NCBI GenBank assembly: GCA_028820695.1
Contig: JAPPIB010000008.1
Span: forward strand, 1,395 to 65,394
Direction of reading: 5' to 3'
Source of the DNA: Acidiferrobacterales bacterium
GTDB lineage: Bacteria > Pseudomonadota > Gammaproteobacteria > Arenicellales > JAJDZL01
Length of the DNA: 64,000 nt
The position numbers were made by a program, and so were the translations under genes. Numbering within the stretch: position 1 is the stretch's first letter; each line of letters starts with the position of its first letter. The notes beneath the pieces were generated by a model that ran no database searches, was not told the DNA's origin, and saw nothing but the letters and a program-made list of their open reading frames with translations. This document shows, in pieces, positions 37,850-49,448 of this stretch.

Positions 37850-39190
37850 CTAATTGGCACCAGAGCCGTAGAGCAGTCCCGGCAACCACAAGGCGATTTG
37901 CGGGAACATGATGATCAGCGAAAGACCTACCAGCTGCAATACCATGAACTGCATCATTCCAAGATAAATGTCTTTCAGGTCCCATTCCGGGACCACGCCC
38001 TTGAGAAAGTACGCAGATAGAGCTACAGGTGGAGATAACCAAGCCGTTTGCAGGTTGACCGCGACAAGAATGGCAAACCAGGTCAGGTTGAACTGCAACT
38101 GGTCCATCAGCGGGATTAGGATCGGCACGATGATCAATACGATTGGAACCCATTCCAGCGGCCAGCCGAGGAGAAAGATCATGGCCATGACGATCGCCAG
38201 GATAACGTAGCGATTGACTTCGAGATCCAGCAGGAATTCGGTCAGCATGGTCGGTGTTCCCAAACGGGAGAACACTGCACCGAAAAAGTTCGATGCGGCA
38301 ACTAAAAGCATGATCAACGCCGTTATCTCGAGCGTTTTGATCAATGCATTGAACAATCGTCTCCAAGAAATCTTTCGATATGCGAATGCCAGTATCAAGG
38401 ACCCCACGGCACCGCAGGCAGCCCCTTCCGTCGGTGTTGCCAATCCGAAAAGAATGCTTCCGAGTGCGGAAAACACCAACAGGGCCGGTGGTACCAATCC
38501 GGCGAGAAACTCTTTCCACACTTCCGCCATGCTGCTGGGTCGCTGATCTTCTGGCAGAGTTGGTCCCAAACTGGGATTCAGATAGCATCGAACCAACGCA
38601 TAACCGGTGTAGATCGTTGCCAGCATGATCCCTGGAATGACCGCTGCCGCAAACAGGTCAATAACCGGAATTTCCATAACCGGTCCCATGACAATCAACA
38701 TGATGCTCGGCGGAATCAGAATTCCAAGCGTCCCACCCGCTGTGATTGTCCCTGAAGCAAGCTTGACATCATACTGCGAGCGATTCATCGTCTTTGCCGC
38801 CATAATGCCGAGAATCGTAACGGATGCGCCAACGATACCGGTTGCTGCGGCGAAGATTGTCGACACAAACAAAACCGCAATGAAGAGCGCTCCTCGCACG
38901 CGCGACAGCATGAGCTGTACAGCCGCGAACAGCCGTTCCATCAGGCCAGCCTGCTCCATCATTATCCCCATAAAGATAAAGAGCGGTATCGCGGCCAGGG
39001 TCTGTTCCATCATGACCGAGTAGAATTGGAACGTCATCAGATAAAAGACGACCTGTCCAAATCCGATGAAGCCAAAAACAAAGCCGAGAAAGATAAGTGT
39101 GAACGAAATCGGGAATCCGACAAAGATCGCGATCAGCATCACGCCGATCAATACCAGTCCTAATACTTCAGGAGTCATCAGACCGGCCAT
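37850..39190 (-). CDS. TRAP transporter large permease (DctM family)
   Basis: 446-aa protein with about 12 TM segments. It overlaps the DctQ-type gene by 13 nt. Confidence 0.88.
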   Translation of the reverse strand: MAGLMTPEVLGLVLIGVMLIAIFVGFPISFTLIFLGFVFGFIGFGQVVFYLMTFQFYSVMMEQTLAAIPLFIFMGIMMEQAGLMERLFAAVQLMLSRVRGALFIAVLFVSTIFAAATGIVGASVTILGIMAAKTMNRSQYDVKLASGTITAGGTLGILIPPSIMLIVMGPVMEIPVIDLFAAAVIPGIMLATIYTGYALVRCYLNPSLGPTLPEDQRPSSMAEVWKEFLAGLVPPALLVFSALGSILFGLATPTEGAACGAVGSLILAFAYRKISWRRLFNALIKTLEITALIMLLVAASNFFGAVFSRLGTPTMLTEFLLDLEVNRYVILAIVMAMIFLLGWPLEWVPIVLIIVPILIPLMDQLQFNLTWFAILVAVNLQTAWLSPPVALSAYFLKGVVPEWDLKDIYLGMMQFMVLQLVGLSLIIMFPQIALWLPGLLYGSGAN

Positions 39191-39792
39191 CTACCGCGCG
39201 TTGCGGCGTAGTAACTTTTGAAAAACTCAGAAACGCCCTGCAGGATCAGAAAGAAAATTCCAATCGGGAGCGCCGACTTGCTCGGAGCAAGGTAAGGCAT
39301 CCATGCTGAATCCATGCCTCGTTCCATCTGAAACCAGGAAACACCGGCAAAATCAAGCGATGTCCACATGAATACGAGCATTCCCGGCATGTAGAAGAAA
39401 AGATACAGCACAGCGTCGACCCTGCCCTGATTTCGCACCGAAAAGTTTCGATAGATAAAATCCGCTCGAATATGCACGCCTTTGGAAAGCGCATACGCAG
39501 CGCCTAGCATGAACAAGGCGCCGCCGAGCATTCGGCTTAGGTCGTAGGCCCAAGCAGTTGGCGCCACGAACACATAGCGTACAAACACCTCGTAGACCAT
39601 GACCGTAAAAAGTGGAAGAACCAAGAAACAGACAACCCGTCCGACCCACAAGTTGATCGTATCGATCCATCTGATCAGAAACGCCATCCAATCGGGCATA
39701 TCGTCAGGCAGCTGCGTAACATCACCTGTACGCCGCTCGGCGATAAGCTCATCAGTAATGTCGAGATTCTGAGGTTCCTGCTCTTCAGCCAT
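39178..39792 (-). CDS. TRAP transporter small permease (DctQ family)
   Basis: 204-aa protein with four TM segments, placed between the receptor and large-permease genes. Confidence 0.8.
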   Translation of the reverse strand: MAEEQEPQNLDITDELIAERRTGDVTQLPDDMPDWMAFLIRWIDTINLWVGRVVCFLVLPLFTVMVYEVFVRYVFVAPTAWAYDLSRMLGGALFMLGAAYALSKGVHIRADFIYRNFSVRNQGRVDAVLYLFFYMPGMLVFMWTSLDFAGVSWFQMERGMDSAWMPYLAPSKSALPIGIFFLILQGVSEFFKSYYAATRGRWPV

Positions 39793-39933
39793 TATTTATC
39801 AGCCACTTTTTTCGTGTTTATCCAGCAGTTGTCATAGATGATAACCTAAAACAAATAAAAATGCGCAACTCATTCCTGAATTGCGCATTTTTTTCACTTT
39901 GACAACTTTTCGACAATCGAAACAGTCAAATAC

Positions 39934-41043
39934 TTACATTCCAGCCTGCAGCTGCTTTGCGTATGCCTGCCCCAAATTCGCATTGGAGGTCTGTGCACCC
40001 GCCCAGAACGGTACTGCAATGTCAGCAAACTCTTTCATTGAATTCCAGACTTGCGCGAAGAATTCATTGTCTGCCTTAAGCTCTTCCAAACTGACAAGGA
40101 CAGCATTCATGTACTCGACGAAGTAATCATCCGGAGTGTCATGCAGCTGAACACCATGGTTATCTGTCAGGTCTTTGAGCGCCTTGCCGTTTTCGAGAAT
40201 GCGATAGGCGAGAGACTGCATCAGGGACGCATTGGCGGAGACTTCAATCGCTGCGCGCTGATGATCCGTCAGACTATCCCATATGTCGCCGTTGATATAA
40301 ACATCAGCGTTCACGACGTTCTGGTGCAAGCCTTGCAGATAGTAGTGCTTGAGAACTTTCTGGAAACCGAAAATCGAATCCGGCTTCGGACAGCACCATT
40401 CCGCGGCATCAATCGTACCTTGCTCAAGTGCAGGAAGGATGTCACCGCCGCCCATTGCGACTGCCGCAACTCCGATTGCGTTGTAAGTCTGGCCAGGAAT
40501 TCCCGGAGGGGCTCGAAAGCGATACTTTCTGAAGTCATCCATGGAATGAATCGGCTCTTTGAACCAGCCCAATGCTTCCGGACCTACCGGCTGCAACATC
40601 AAACCTTTGACATTGACTCCCATCTCATCCCAAAGTTGATCGTAAAGAGCCTGGCCACCGCCTTCCAAGTACCATGAAAGCCATGCGATATTGTCAAGTC
40701 CAAGACCTGCTCCCGCGAAAGGAGACCCGAACAGCATTGCAGCTGGGTGTTTACCGGACCAATAATGAGTCCATGCAAACCCGCCTTCGATCAGACCTTT
40801 GTCGACTGCATCGATAATTTCCCGAGCACCGACAACTTCACCGGCACCGAGAATCTCAAATACGACTTCGCCGTTCGTCAGCTTTTCGACGTTATCCGCG
40901 AACCGCTGCAACATTACAGCTTCATCCGCAGTCTTTGGAGTCGCAGCCTGGACGCGAATCTTTGTTTCAGCGTAAGAAACAGCAGACGCGAACAGCGATA
41001 CGCCAAATACGCCGGTTGCAATTATTGCGCTTAACTTTTTCAT
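39934..41043 (-). CDS. TRAP transporter substrate-binding protein (DctP superfamily; COG4663/TakP-like)
   Basis: 369-aa ORF with a signal peptide and blocks such as GGFAWTHYWSGKHPAAMLFGSPFAG. Confidence 0.85.
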   Translation of the reverse strand: MKKLSAIIATGVFGVSLFASAVSYAETKIRVQAATPKTADEAVMLQRFADNVEKLTNGEVVFEILGAGEVVGAREIIDAVDKGLIEGGFAWTHYWSGKHPAAMLFGSPFAGAGLGLDNIAWLSWYLEGGGQALYDQLWDEMGVNVKGLMLQPVGPEALGWFKEPIHSMDDFRKYRFRAPPGIPGQTYNAIGVAAVAMGGGDILPALEQGTIDAAEWCCPKPDSIFGFQKVLKHYYLQGLHQNVVNADVYINGDIWDSLTDHQRAAIEVSANASLMQSLAYRILENGKALKDLTDNHGVQLHDTPDDYFVEYMNAVLVSLEELKADNEFFAQVWNSMKEFADIAVPFWAGAQTSNANLGQAYAKQLQAGM

Positions 41044-41420
41044 ATAACTTATTTCCCAAAATATTTTGATAAGATTAGCAGTTCACCGTGTATCTGCATA
41101 GAGCAAATGACAACGGCTACCTGCAAAGCAAATATACACAATTTGAAATTCGATGTATTGGTTTTTCGGAAGTTTCCCAAACTGCTTCAGTTCCATTCAC
41201 CCATCTGGCAAGTCATTATCCAGATTGATTCACGAAAGTCACGTTCCCATCAGAAAACCAAATGAGATATCTGCGAAAATACAAAATATGTCCTTGGCGT
41301 TGCGCTGCCGGGCAACGCAACTGAACTCCAAAACTCCCCACAAGGCATTGTTTTTGTGCGAATGTTGAGACTTCTATTGCAGATATTCAGCGAAGGATTG
41401 TTGTGACGGGATTGCGGGTG

Positions 41421-43687
<2,267 letters not shown>

Positions 43688-43945
43688 TCAGGCGGTCAGG
43701 ACGGTTATCGTCTTCTTGCGCCTGGGGCCCTTGGTTTCAAATTTGACGTGGCCGTCTGCCATCGCAAACAATGTGTAATCCTTGCCCATTCCGACATTCA
43801 TTCCGGGATGGAAATGGCTGCCGCGCTGGCGTACGATGATATTCCCGGCTCGAACCTGTTCACCACCGTAACGCTTGACGCCCAAGCGTTTTGAATTCGA
43901 ATCGCGTCCGTTTCGTGAACTGCCGCCCGCTTTCTTGTGTGCCAT
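43688..43945 (-). CDS. rpmA: 50S ribosomal protein L27
   Basis: [28 protein letters not shown]... Confidence 0.97.
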   Translation of the reverse strand: MAHKKAGGSSRNGRDSNSKRLGVKRYGGEQVRAGNIIVRQRGSHFHPGMNVGMGKDYTLFAMADGHVKFETKGPRRKKTITVLTA

Positions 43946-43991
43946 GGGTTGATTACCTCAGTTTCAAGTATCAATGATCGGAAAGGTCCTG

Positions 43992-44369
43992 TCAGCTGGA
44001 TTCCGAATCAGTCTGTTCGTCGACGATCTGTTTCTTCTTCGCCGCTTTCTTCCGCGGTTTGTCGCCGATGCCCACAATCTCAAGCTCCGTATAGTTCTGC
44101 CGGTGGCCTTGGGTGCGCCGGTAGTTCTTTCGGCGCTTCATCTTGACAACCTTGATTTTCTTGCCCCGTCCGTGATCGAGCACCTTGGCAAATACCGGAG
44201 AATTCTCCACATGAGGGGTCCCGATCAGCGTCTCACCATCCTTCACGACGAGCAACACGTCCTCAAACTGAATATCGTCGCCAATCTGGGCGTCGAGCTG
44301 TTCGACCCGAATTTTCTCTCCGGGCTCCACCCGAAGCTGCTTTCCACCGGTTTGAATAATTGCGTACAT
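43992..44369 (-). CDS. rplU: 50S ribosomal protein L21 (with a lysine-rich/acidic C-terminal tail)
   Basis: MYAIIQTGGKQLRVEPGEKIRVEQL... The start was trimmed from the track ORF (44384) to the conserved MYAI. Confidence 0.95.
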   Translation of the reverse strand: MYAIIQTGGKQLRVEPGEKIRVEQLDAQIGDDIQFEDVLLVVKDGETLIGTPHVENSPVFAKVLDHGRGKKIKVVKMKRRKNYRRTQGHRQNYTELEIVGIGDKPRKKAAKKKQIVDEQTDSESS

Positions 44370-44609
44370 AGAATCTATTTGCATGTGCGTTCAGGGAACA
44401 ATTGTGTAACTAGTCGATTGCATTTGCAGATCACCGGATTTGAAATGGCAATGCGTCCATTGTGCGTGCCGCGGCGATCAAAGCCTTCATCAGAAACAAA
44501 AAGGCAGAATCATACCCGCACTTTTCGGTTTCGTCAATAAATTCGGCAAATTTTGCTTATGCCCGCAATCAATCATCGATCACTGCCTGACACCAACAGT
44601 CCAGACAGA

Positions 44610-44825
44610 CTAATAGGAGCGAGTTCTGTAACCGCGCTCTCTCCTGATGCGTTTTTCCTCCCGCTTCACAGCTGCGGCAGCCTTCCTTTTCCTCGTAGTC
44701 GTTGGCTTCTCATAATATTCACGCCTTCTGACTTCGCTGAACACCCCTGCCTTTTCACAGGAACGGCGAAACCTGCGAACGATTATGTCAAACGGTTCGT
44801 CACTCTTGACACGGACACTAGGCAT
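44610..44825 (-). CDS. rpsU: 30S ribosomal protein S21
   Basis: [42 protein letters not shown]... Confidence 0.96.
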   Translation of the reverse strand: MPSVRVKSDEPFDIIVRRFRRSCEKAGVFSEVRRREYYEKPTTTRKRKAAAAVKREEKRIRRERGYRTRSY

Positions 44826-45247
44826 CGATCAATTACACCTCCGAAAATGTTGTCGATAGAGAATTTGTGGACGATCAAATCCGAGTTAGACGGCGTATTA
44901 TATACAAGTCAGATTGCTTGACCCGCTGTTTTTCGAACTCCGCTGCCAGGGAATCCATCACCCTGCTGCAGGCGGCAAAAATCCAGTCAGCAAGCGCCGC
45001 TCGCGGTCAATACGCGATCAATCCTGTCAATTCTTGACATTGACGAGGCTTTCGCACCAGAATCGGCGATTGACGCCCCACTGCCGCAAGTCCTCGCCTG
45101 ACAGGATGGCAAAATAAGCTCGCGTATTAACTGTCTTACTGTTCAAATCAACCACAAATCAGACAGTTTTCGCAAAATTCATTTGCAGATGGCAATTGAC
45201 GCAGTTATTATTTACTACGAAATAGGATCAAAGAGGATTTTTTTGAC

Positions 45248-45715
45248 ATGGACAAAATAGACCTGGAAATTTTAGACTGTATTCAGCATGATGCCAACAT
45301 GTCGGCAAGTCAGATCGCCGAGTCCGTCAACTTGAGTACCACACCTTGCTGGCGAAGACTGCGTAAACTGGAGCGGGACAAAGTCATACTATCCAAAGTC
45401 GGTTTACTGAACCGGGACAAACTGAATCTTGGCGTTGACGTATTCGTCGCCATTCGCACCAACCAGCATAATGCCAACTGGCTCGAAAAATTCGCCAAGG
45501 CTGTGATCGAGTTTCCGGAAGTCGTCGAATTCTACCGAATGAGCGGCCAGATCGATTACCTGATGCGGGTCGTGGTACCCGATATTGATGAGTTCGATCA
45601 ATTCTACAAGCGCCTGATTTCGGTTGCCGACATCCACGATGTCAGTTCCAGTTTCGCGATGGAGAGACTGAAATATACGACCGCACTGCCATTGCACTAT
45701 GCGCATCACAGCTGA
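45248..45715 (+). CDS. Lrp/AsnC-family transcriptional regulator
   Basis: 155-aa ORF with MDKIDLEILDCIQHDANMSASQIAESVNLSTTPCWRRLRKLE (HTH) plus a RAM/ACT-like C-terminal domain. Confidence 0.9.
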   Translation: MDKIDLEILDCIQHDANMSASQIAESVNLSTTPCWRRLRKLERDKVILSKVGLLNRDKLNLGVDVFVAIRTNQHNANWLEKFAKAVIEFPEVVEFYRMSGQIDYLMRVVVPDIDEFDQFYKRLISVADIHDVSSSFAMERLKYTTALPLHYAHHS

Positions 45716-45804
45716 ACACAGCCCCTTGAATCTTTCAATCGGCTGCAAGAAGGATCTGTCTGCATCGTTATCAGGCAGAACCTGATCAAATGGGAGATTG
45801 AGTC

Positions 45805-47760
45805 GTGGGCGCGCCGCTGTGGAAGCCAGATGAGCAACGGATCGTCGAGGCGACGATCAACAGATTCGCTGACCATGTCATCGAACGGTGGGGAAGCACA
45901 TCACGCGACTATGCCGCCCTGCACCAGTGGTCGGTTGATCATCCGGAACAATTCTGGCAGGCGATCTGGGATTTTTGCGATGTCAGGGCATCCAGACCAG
46001 CAACCGAAGTTGTGCGCCACCGCGAGCGCATGCCAGGTTCCCGGTGGTTCGCCGATTCACAGCTGAACTTCACAGAAAATCTATTGCGCCGAAACGATGC
46101 CGGGCCGGCGATTATATTCCGCGGCGAGGACAACCCGGACCGTGTCATCACCTACGCGCAACTCAGTGGGCAGGTCAATCGCCTGGTCAGGGCTTACCGC
46201 GACTTTGGCATCAAACCCGGCGACCGCATCGTCGCATACATGCCCAATATTCCGGAAGCCGTCATTTGCATGCTCGCCGCTGCATCTTGCGGCGCGACCT
46301 GGTCATCGTGCTCACCGGACTTTGGCGCCCAGGGAGTGATTGATCGCTTCGGGCAGATCTCTCCCAGAATCCTCATCTCGGTTGACGGCTATACCTATGG
46401 CGGCAAGAAATTCGACATCAGCAAAAAGCTCTCGGAAATCGTCGATCACATTCCATCGCTTGAGAAGGTTGTTGTTGTTCCTTACCTTGATAAGCCTGCG
46501 AGTCATGACATTGATTGCGCTTCGACGCTAGAGCAGTTTGTTTGGGGACACAGCGCGGAGCCTGTAAGTCACACCCAGCTTCCGTTCAATCATCCGCTCT
46601 TCATACTGTTCTCTTCAGGTACGACCGGCGCGCCAAAGTGCATCGTCCACGGAGCCGGCGGGACACTGCTGCAACATCTTAAGGAACACCGACTGCATGT
46701 CGATCTGAAACCGGATCAACGACTTTTCTTTTTTACCACTTGCGGATGGATGATGTGGAACTGGCTGGTTTCCGCGTTCGCTTCGGAAGCAACTATCGTG
46801 TTATACGAAGGTTCTCCATTTGAACCCGGTGAAAATGCGTTTTTCGACTACATTGCAGACTATTCGATCGATCATTTCGGAGTTTCAGCGAAATACATCG
46901 ACTTCATTTCGAAAGCAGGCATTCGCCCCAAAGATACGCATGACCTTTCTTCTCTCAAGACCCTGATGTCGACAGGATCACCGTTGATTCCCGAGAGTTT
47001 CGATTACGTCTATGAGGCAATCAAGCAAGATGTGTGTCTTTCTTCCATCTCGGGTGGAACCGACCTCATTTCCTGCTTTGTTCTCGGCAATCCAACGCTG
47101 CCGGTGAGACGCGGGGAGATTCAGTGCAAAGGGCTCGGCATGGACGTCGCGGTATTTGACGATTCCGGTAACGAGGTGGGACTCGGAACGAAAGGAGAAC
47201 TGGTCTGCCGCAATTCGTTCCCCTCGATGCCGATTGAATTCTGGAACGACGAAAATGATGAGAAATACCGTTCGGCCTATTTTGAGCGTTTTCCCGGCGT
47301 GTGGCATCACGGAGATTATGTTGAGCTGACCGAACATGGCGGCATGATTGTATACGGACGCTCCGATGCGGTCCTTAATCCCAGCGGTGTGCGCATCGGC
47401 ACCGCGGAAATCTATCGCCAGGCAGAACGTGTCGACGAAGTCATCGAGAGTCTCGTAATCGGGCAGCGATGGGATGGCGACACCAGGGTTGTTCTTTTTG
47501 TCCGACTGCGAGATGGCCTCGAACTCGATGAGAACTTGATTTCCAGAATCAAGTCAGTCATACGAAACAACGCATCACCCCGCCACGTTCCGGCCAAAAT
47601 CCTTCAGGTCGCGGATATTCCCAGAACAAAAAACGGGAAAATTACTGAAGTGGCTGTGCGCAAGATTGTTCACGGTGAGTCAATCGACAATGTCGAGGCG
47701 TTGGACAACCCACAGGCACTTGAACTTTATCGAGATCTGCCAGAGCTTCAGACTAAGTGA
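45805..47760 (+). CDS. acetoacetate--CoA ligase (acetoacetyl-CoA synthetase)
   Basis: 651-aa ORF in the AMP-binding superfamily (FSSGTTGAPKCIVH). Its N-terminus LWKPDEQRIVEATINRF...HQWSVDHPEQFW is typical of acetoacetyl-CoA synthetases. It has a GTG start. Confidence 0.85.
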   Translation: MGAPLWKPDEQRIVEATINRFADHVIERWGSTSRDYAALHQWSVDHPEQFWQAIWDFCDVRASRPATEVVRHRERMPGSRWFADSQLNFTENLLRRNDAGPAIIFRGEDNPDRVITYAQLSGQVNRLVRAYRDFGIKPGDRIVAYMPNIPEAVICMLAAASCGATWSSCSPDFGAQGVIDRFGQISPRILISVDGYTYGGKKFDISKKLSEIVDHIPSLEKVVVVPYLDKPASHDIDCASTLEQFVWGHSAEPVSHTQLPFNHPLFILFSSGTTGAPKCIVHGAGGTLLQHLKEHRLHVDLKPDQRLFFFTTCGWMMWNWLVSAFASEATIVLYEGSPFEPGENAFFDYIADYSIDHFGVSAKYIDFISKAGIRPKDTHDLSSLKTLMSTGSPLIPESFDYVYEAIKQDVCLSSISGGTDLISCFVLGNPTLPVRRGEIQCKGLGMDVAVFDDSGNEVGLGTKGELVCRNSFPSMPIEFWNDENDEKYRSAYFERFPGVWHHGDYVELTEHGGMIVYGRSDAVLNPSGVRIGTAEIYRQAERVDEVIESLVIGQRWDGDTRVVLFVRLRDGLELDENLISRIKSVIRNNASPRHVPAKILQVADIPRTKNGKITEVAVRKIVHGESIDNVEALDNPQALELYRDLPELQTK

Positions 47761-48036
47761 GGCTTTCAACGCGGTTGCCACCCGGATACAGCTCGACCCT
47801 CTGTGAACGGCGTGCTTGTCAACCAACTGCATCCATGGGTTGCCATGCGGCCGCTATTGGGGTTTGGAAATGGCGGTCAGATCATCTGCCGAAAACTACA
47901 ATCCCGAATTTGGTCATAGAAAAAGTTCAAGCGGGGTAGTTTGAGCCACATCGTTCACAGGTACAGATATCAATTTAGTTTACGCACAATTATCTGTTTT
48001 CTAAGTCTCTATCGGTCTACTTAAGCGAAAACCAAT

Positions 48037-48720
48037 TCACCGAATAATTCGGACATGATGTATGAAGGCAATGCTAACGTCAGGAAACACTTCAGATGTC
48101 ACGATAAGAGCATCATCAAGAGAAAAATCCTCCGTCCAAAATGACTCCTCAATACGATTCTGCATAAGAATCTCGCAAAGTTCTCGTACATTGAGGCTAT
48201 TGTTGTTCGGATGTAGCAAATCGGGATTTTCGGAACGAACTGTCCCGGGAGGCGACTCTCCTATCCAAGATTCGACCAAGTCTGATATGTAATACCCACT
48301 GTAAACTCCTTTCTCGTTTTCCAATTCGGCATCAGTTAACTCGGCGGAATTAGCACCCCAAACTAAAGCGATGTCCCCAAGATTAATTCCAAGCACACGT
48401 TCCGGATCAACTCCAAGCACACGTTCCGGATCAACTTCGATCTCGCTATCCCCTTGACTACGGCACAATTGAGAATTTACTATCTGGTCATAATCATACA
48501 AAAACTCGGGCCAATAACTGGTAATGTGAGAAGGATCGAATACAAGGTCGCGTGCTACCGCTAACTGGTCAAGCCATGTGACTTCCGTCTCATTCACCGT
48601 GACTCTATGAGGACTTTGTGGGGCATCTTGCGAAAAAACACAATTTGACGCAATGAATAGAGCAAATGCGATGGAAGGAATTAGGCGCACGATAAACTTA
48701 GGAAAAAACAACTCTATCAA
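48037..48720 (-). CDS. hypothetical secreted/anchored acidic protein (no recognised family)
   Basis: 227-aa ORF with an N-terminal hydrophobic signal (LIPSIAFALFIASNCVFS), in an AT-rich region. It contains an in-frame 8-aa duplication (DPERVLGV/DPERVLGI). Confidence 0.45.
   Translation of the reverse strand: MIELFFPKFIVRLIPSIAFALFIASNCVFSQDAPQSPHRVTVNETEVTWLDQLAVARDLVFDPSHITSYWPEFLYDYDQIVNSQLCRSQGDSEIEVDPERVLGVDPERVLGINLGDIALVWGANSAELTDAELENEKGVYSGYYISDLVESWIGESPPGTVRSENPDLLHPNNNSLNVRELCEILMQNRIEESFWTEDFSLDDALIVTSEVFPDVSIAFIHHVRIIR
48389..48436. repeat. perfect tandem duplication of a 24-nt unit (ccaagcacacgttccggatcaact x2)
   Basis: Read directly from the sequence. It is in-frame within 48037..48720. 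Confidence 0.95.
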
Positions 48721-49114
48721 GAGTCCACATTACGAATATCGGAAGCAAGAACGCAGCAAGATAACTTCGTACCGGCCCAGATTTCCTACCTCCGTATGTA
48801 ACCATAAAGGCAAAGAATATTGAAAGCAAAAGGAAAATTGGAAGTAGCAGAAAATCAAATGCTGTATCTACTTTCGTGTCAATGGTTCCTAAGAAATTAA
48901 CCGAGAGAAACGTATCTACAAAACCATCTAGGATTTTTTTGGTCTCAAAAACAAAACAGGTTGCGGAACCAAAAAAGGCGCATAGCGCACGTGCCAATCG
49001 CGGTAGCTGTTCACTTTTGTCATCAAACCAAACGTCAGTGATTGTGTCAATTAGTCTACCCAGAGCTCGGCTAACTGTCGGATAATTTTTATTTGGATTG
49101 TCTTGGGCACTCAT
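48698..49114 (-). CDS. hypothetical membrane protein (no recognised family)
   Basis: 138-aa ORF with C-terminal hydrophobic helices (FDFLLLPIFLLLSIFFAFMV, YLAAFLLPIFVMW). It overlaps the downstream ORF by 23 nt. The region is AT-rich. Confidence 0.4.
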   Translation of the reverse strand: MSAQDNPNKNYPTVSRALGRLIDTITDVWFDDKSEQLPRLARALCAFFGSATCFVFETKKILDGFVDTFLSVNFLGTIDTKVDTAFDFLLLPIFLLLSIFFAFMVTYGGRKSGPVRSYLAAFLLPIFVMWTLDRVVFS

Positions 49115-49448
49115 TTGAAAAATTTGAACTCAGTCGCAGTAACTGCCTAGAATTTATCCAATTTGCACAATAAATTATATACTACACATCGTGTCGACTT
49201 CAGAATTTTGCATCATAAGTGATTGATAATATGATAGACGATGTTTTTTTGGTACTACAAGTTCATCTTCCCGGCAGAGTGTGCGTAAAATTTCTGGCGA
49301 TTTTGCGAGTTGCCGGATCTATCATTCCAGAAATCGTCGAATCGATTACTGATCACACTCGCCCGAAGAAATTGTGACAAATGCAATCGCTTCGACGCCT
49401 TTTGGTGCAAAATGACAGCCGAATTTTGACTATTACCAGAAATCTGAC

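Noticed and set aside
41297-41318. Hairpin GCGTTGC/8-nt loop/GCAACGC about 100 nt downstream of proB as a terminator.
   Set aside because: The stem is short, it is distant from the stop and the T-tract is interrupted. This is too weak to annotate.
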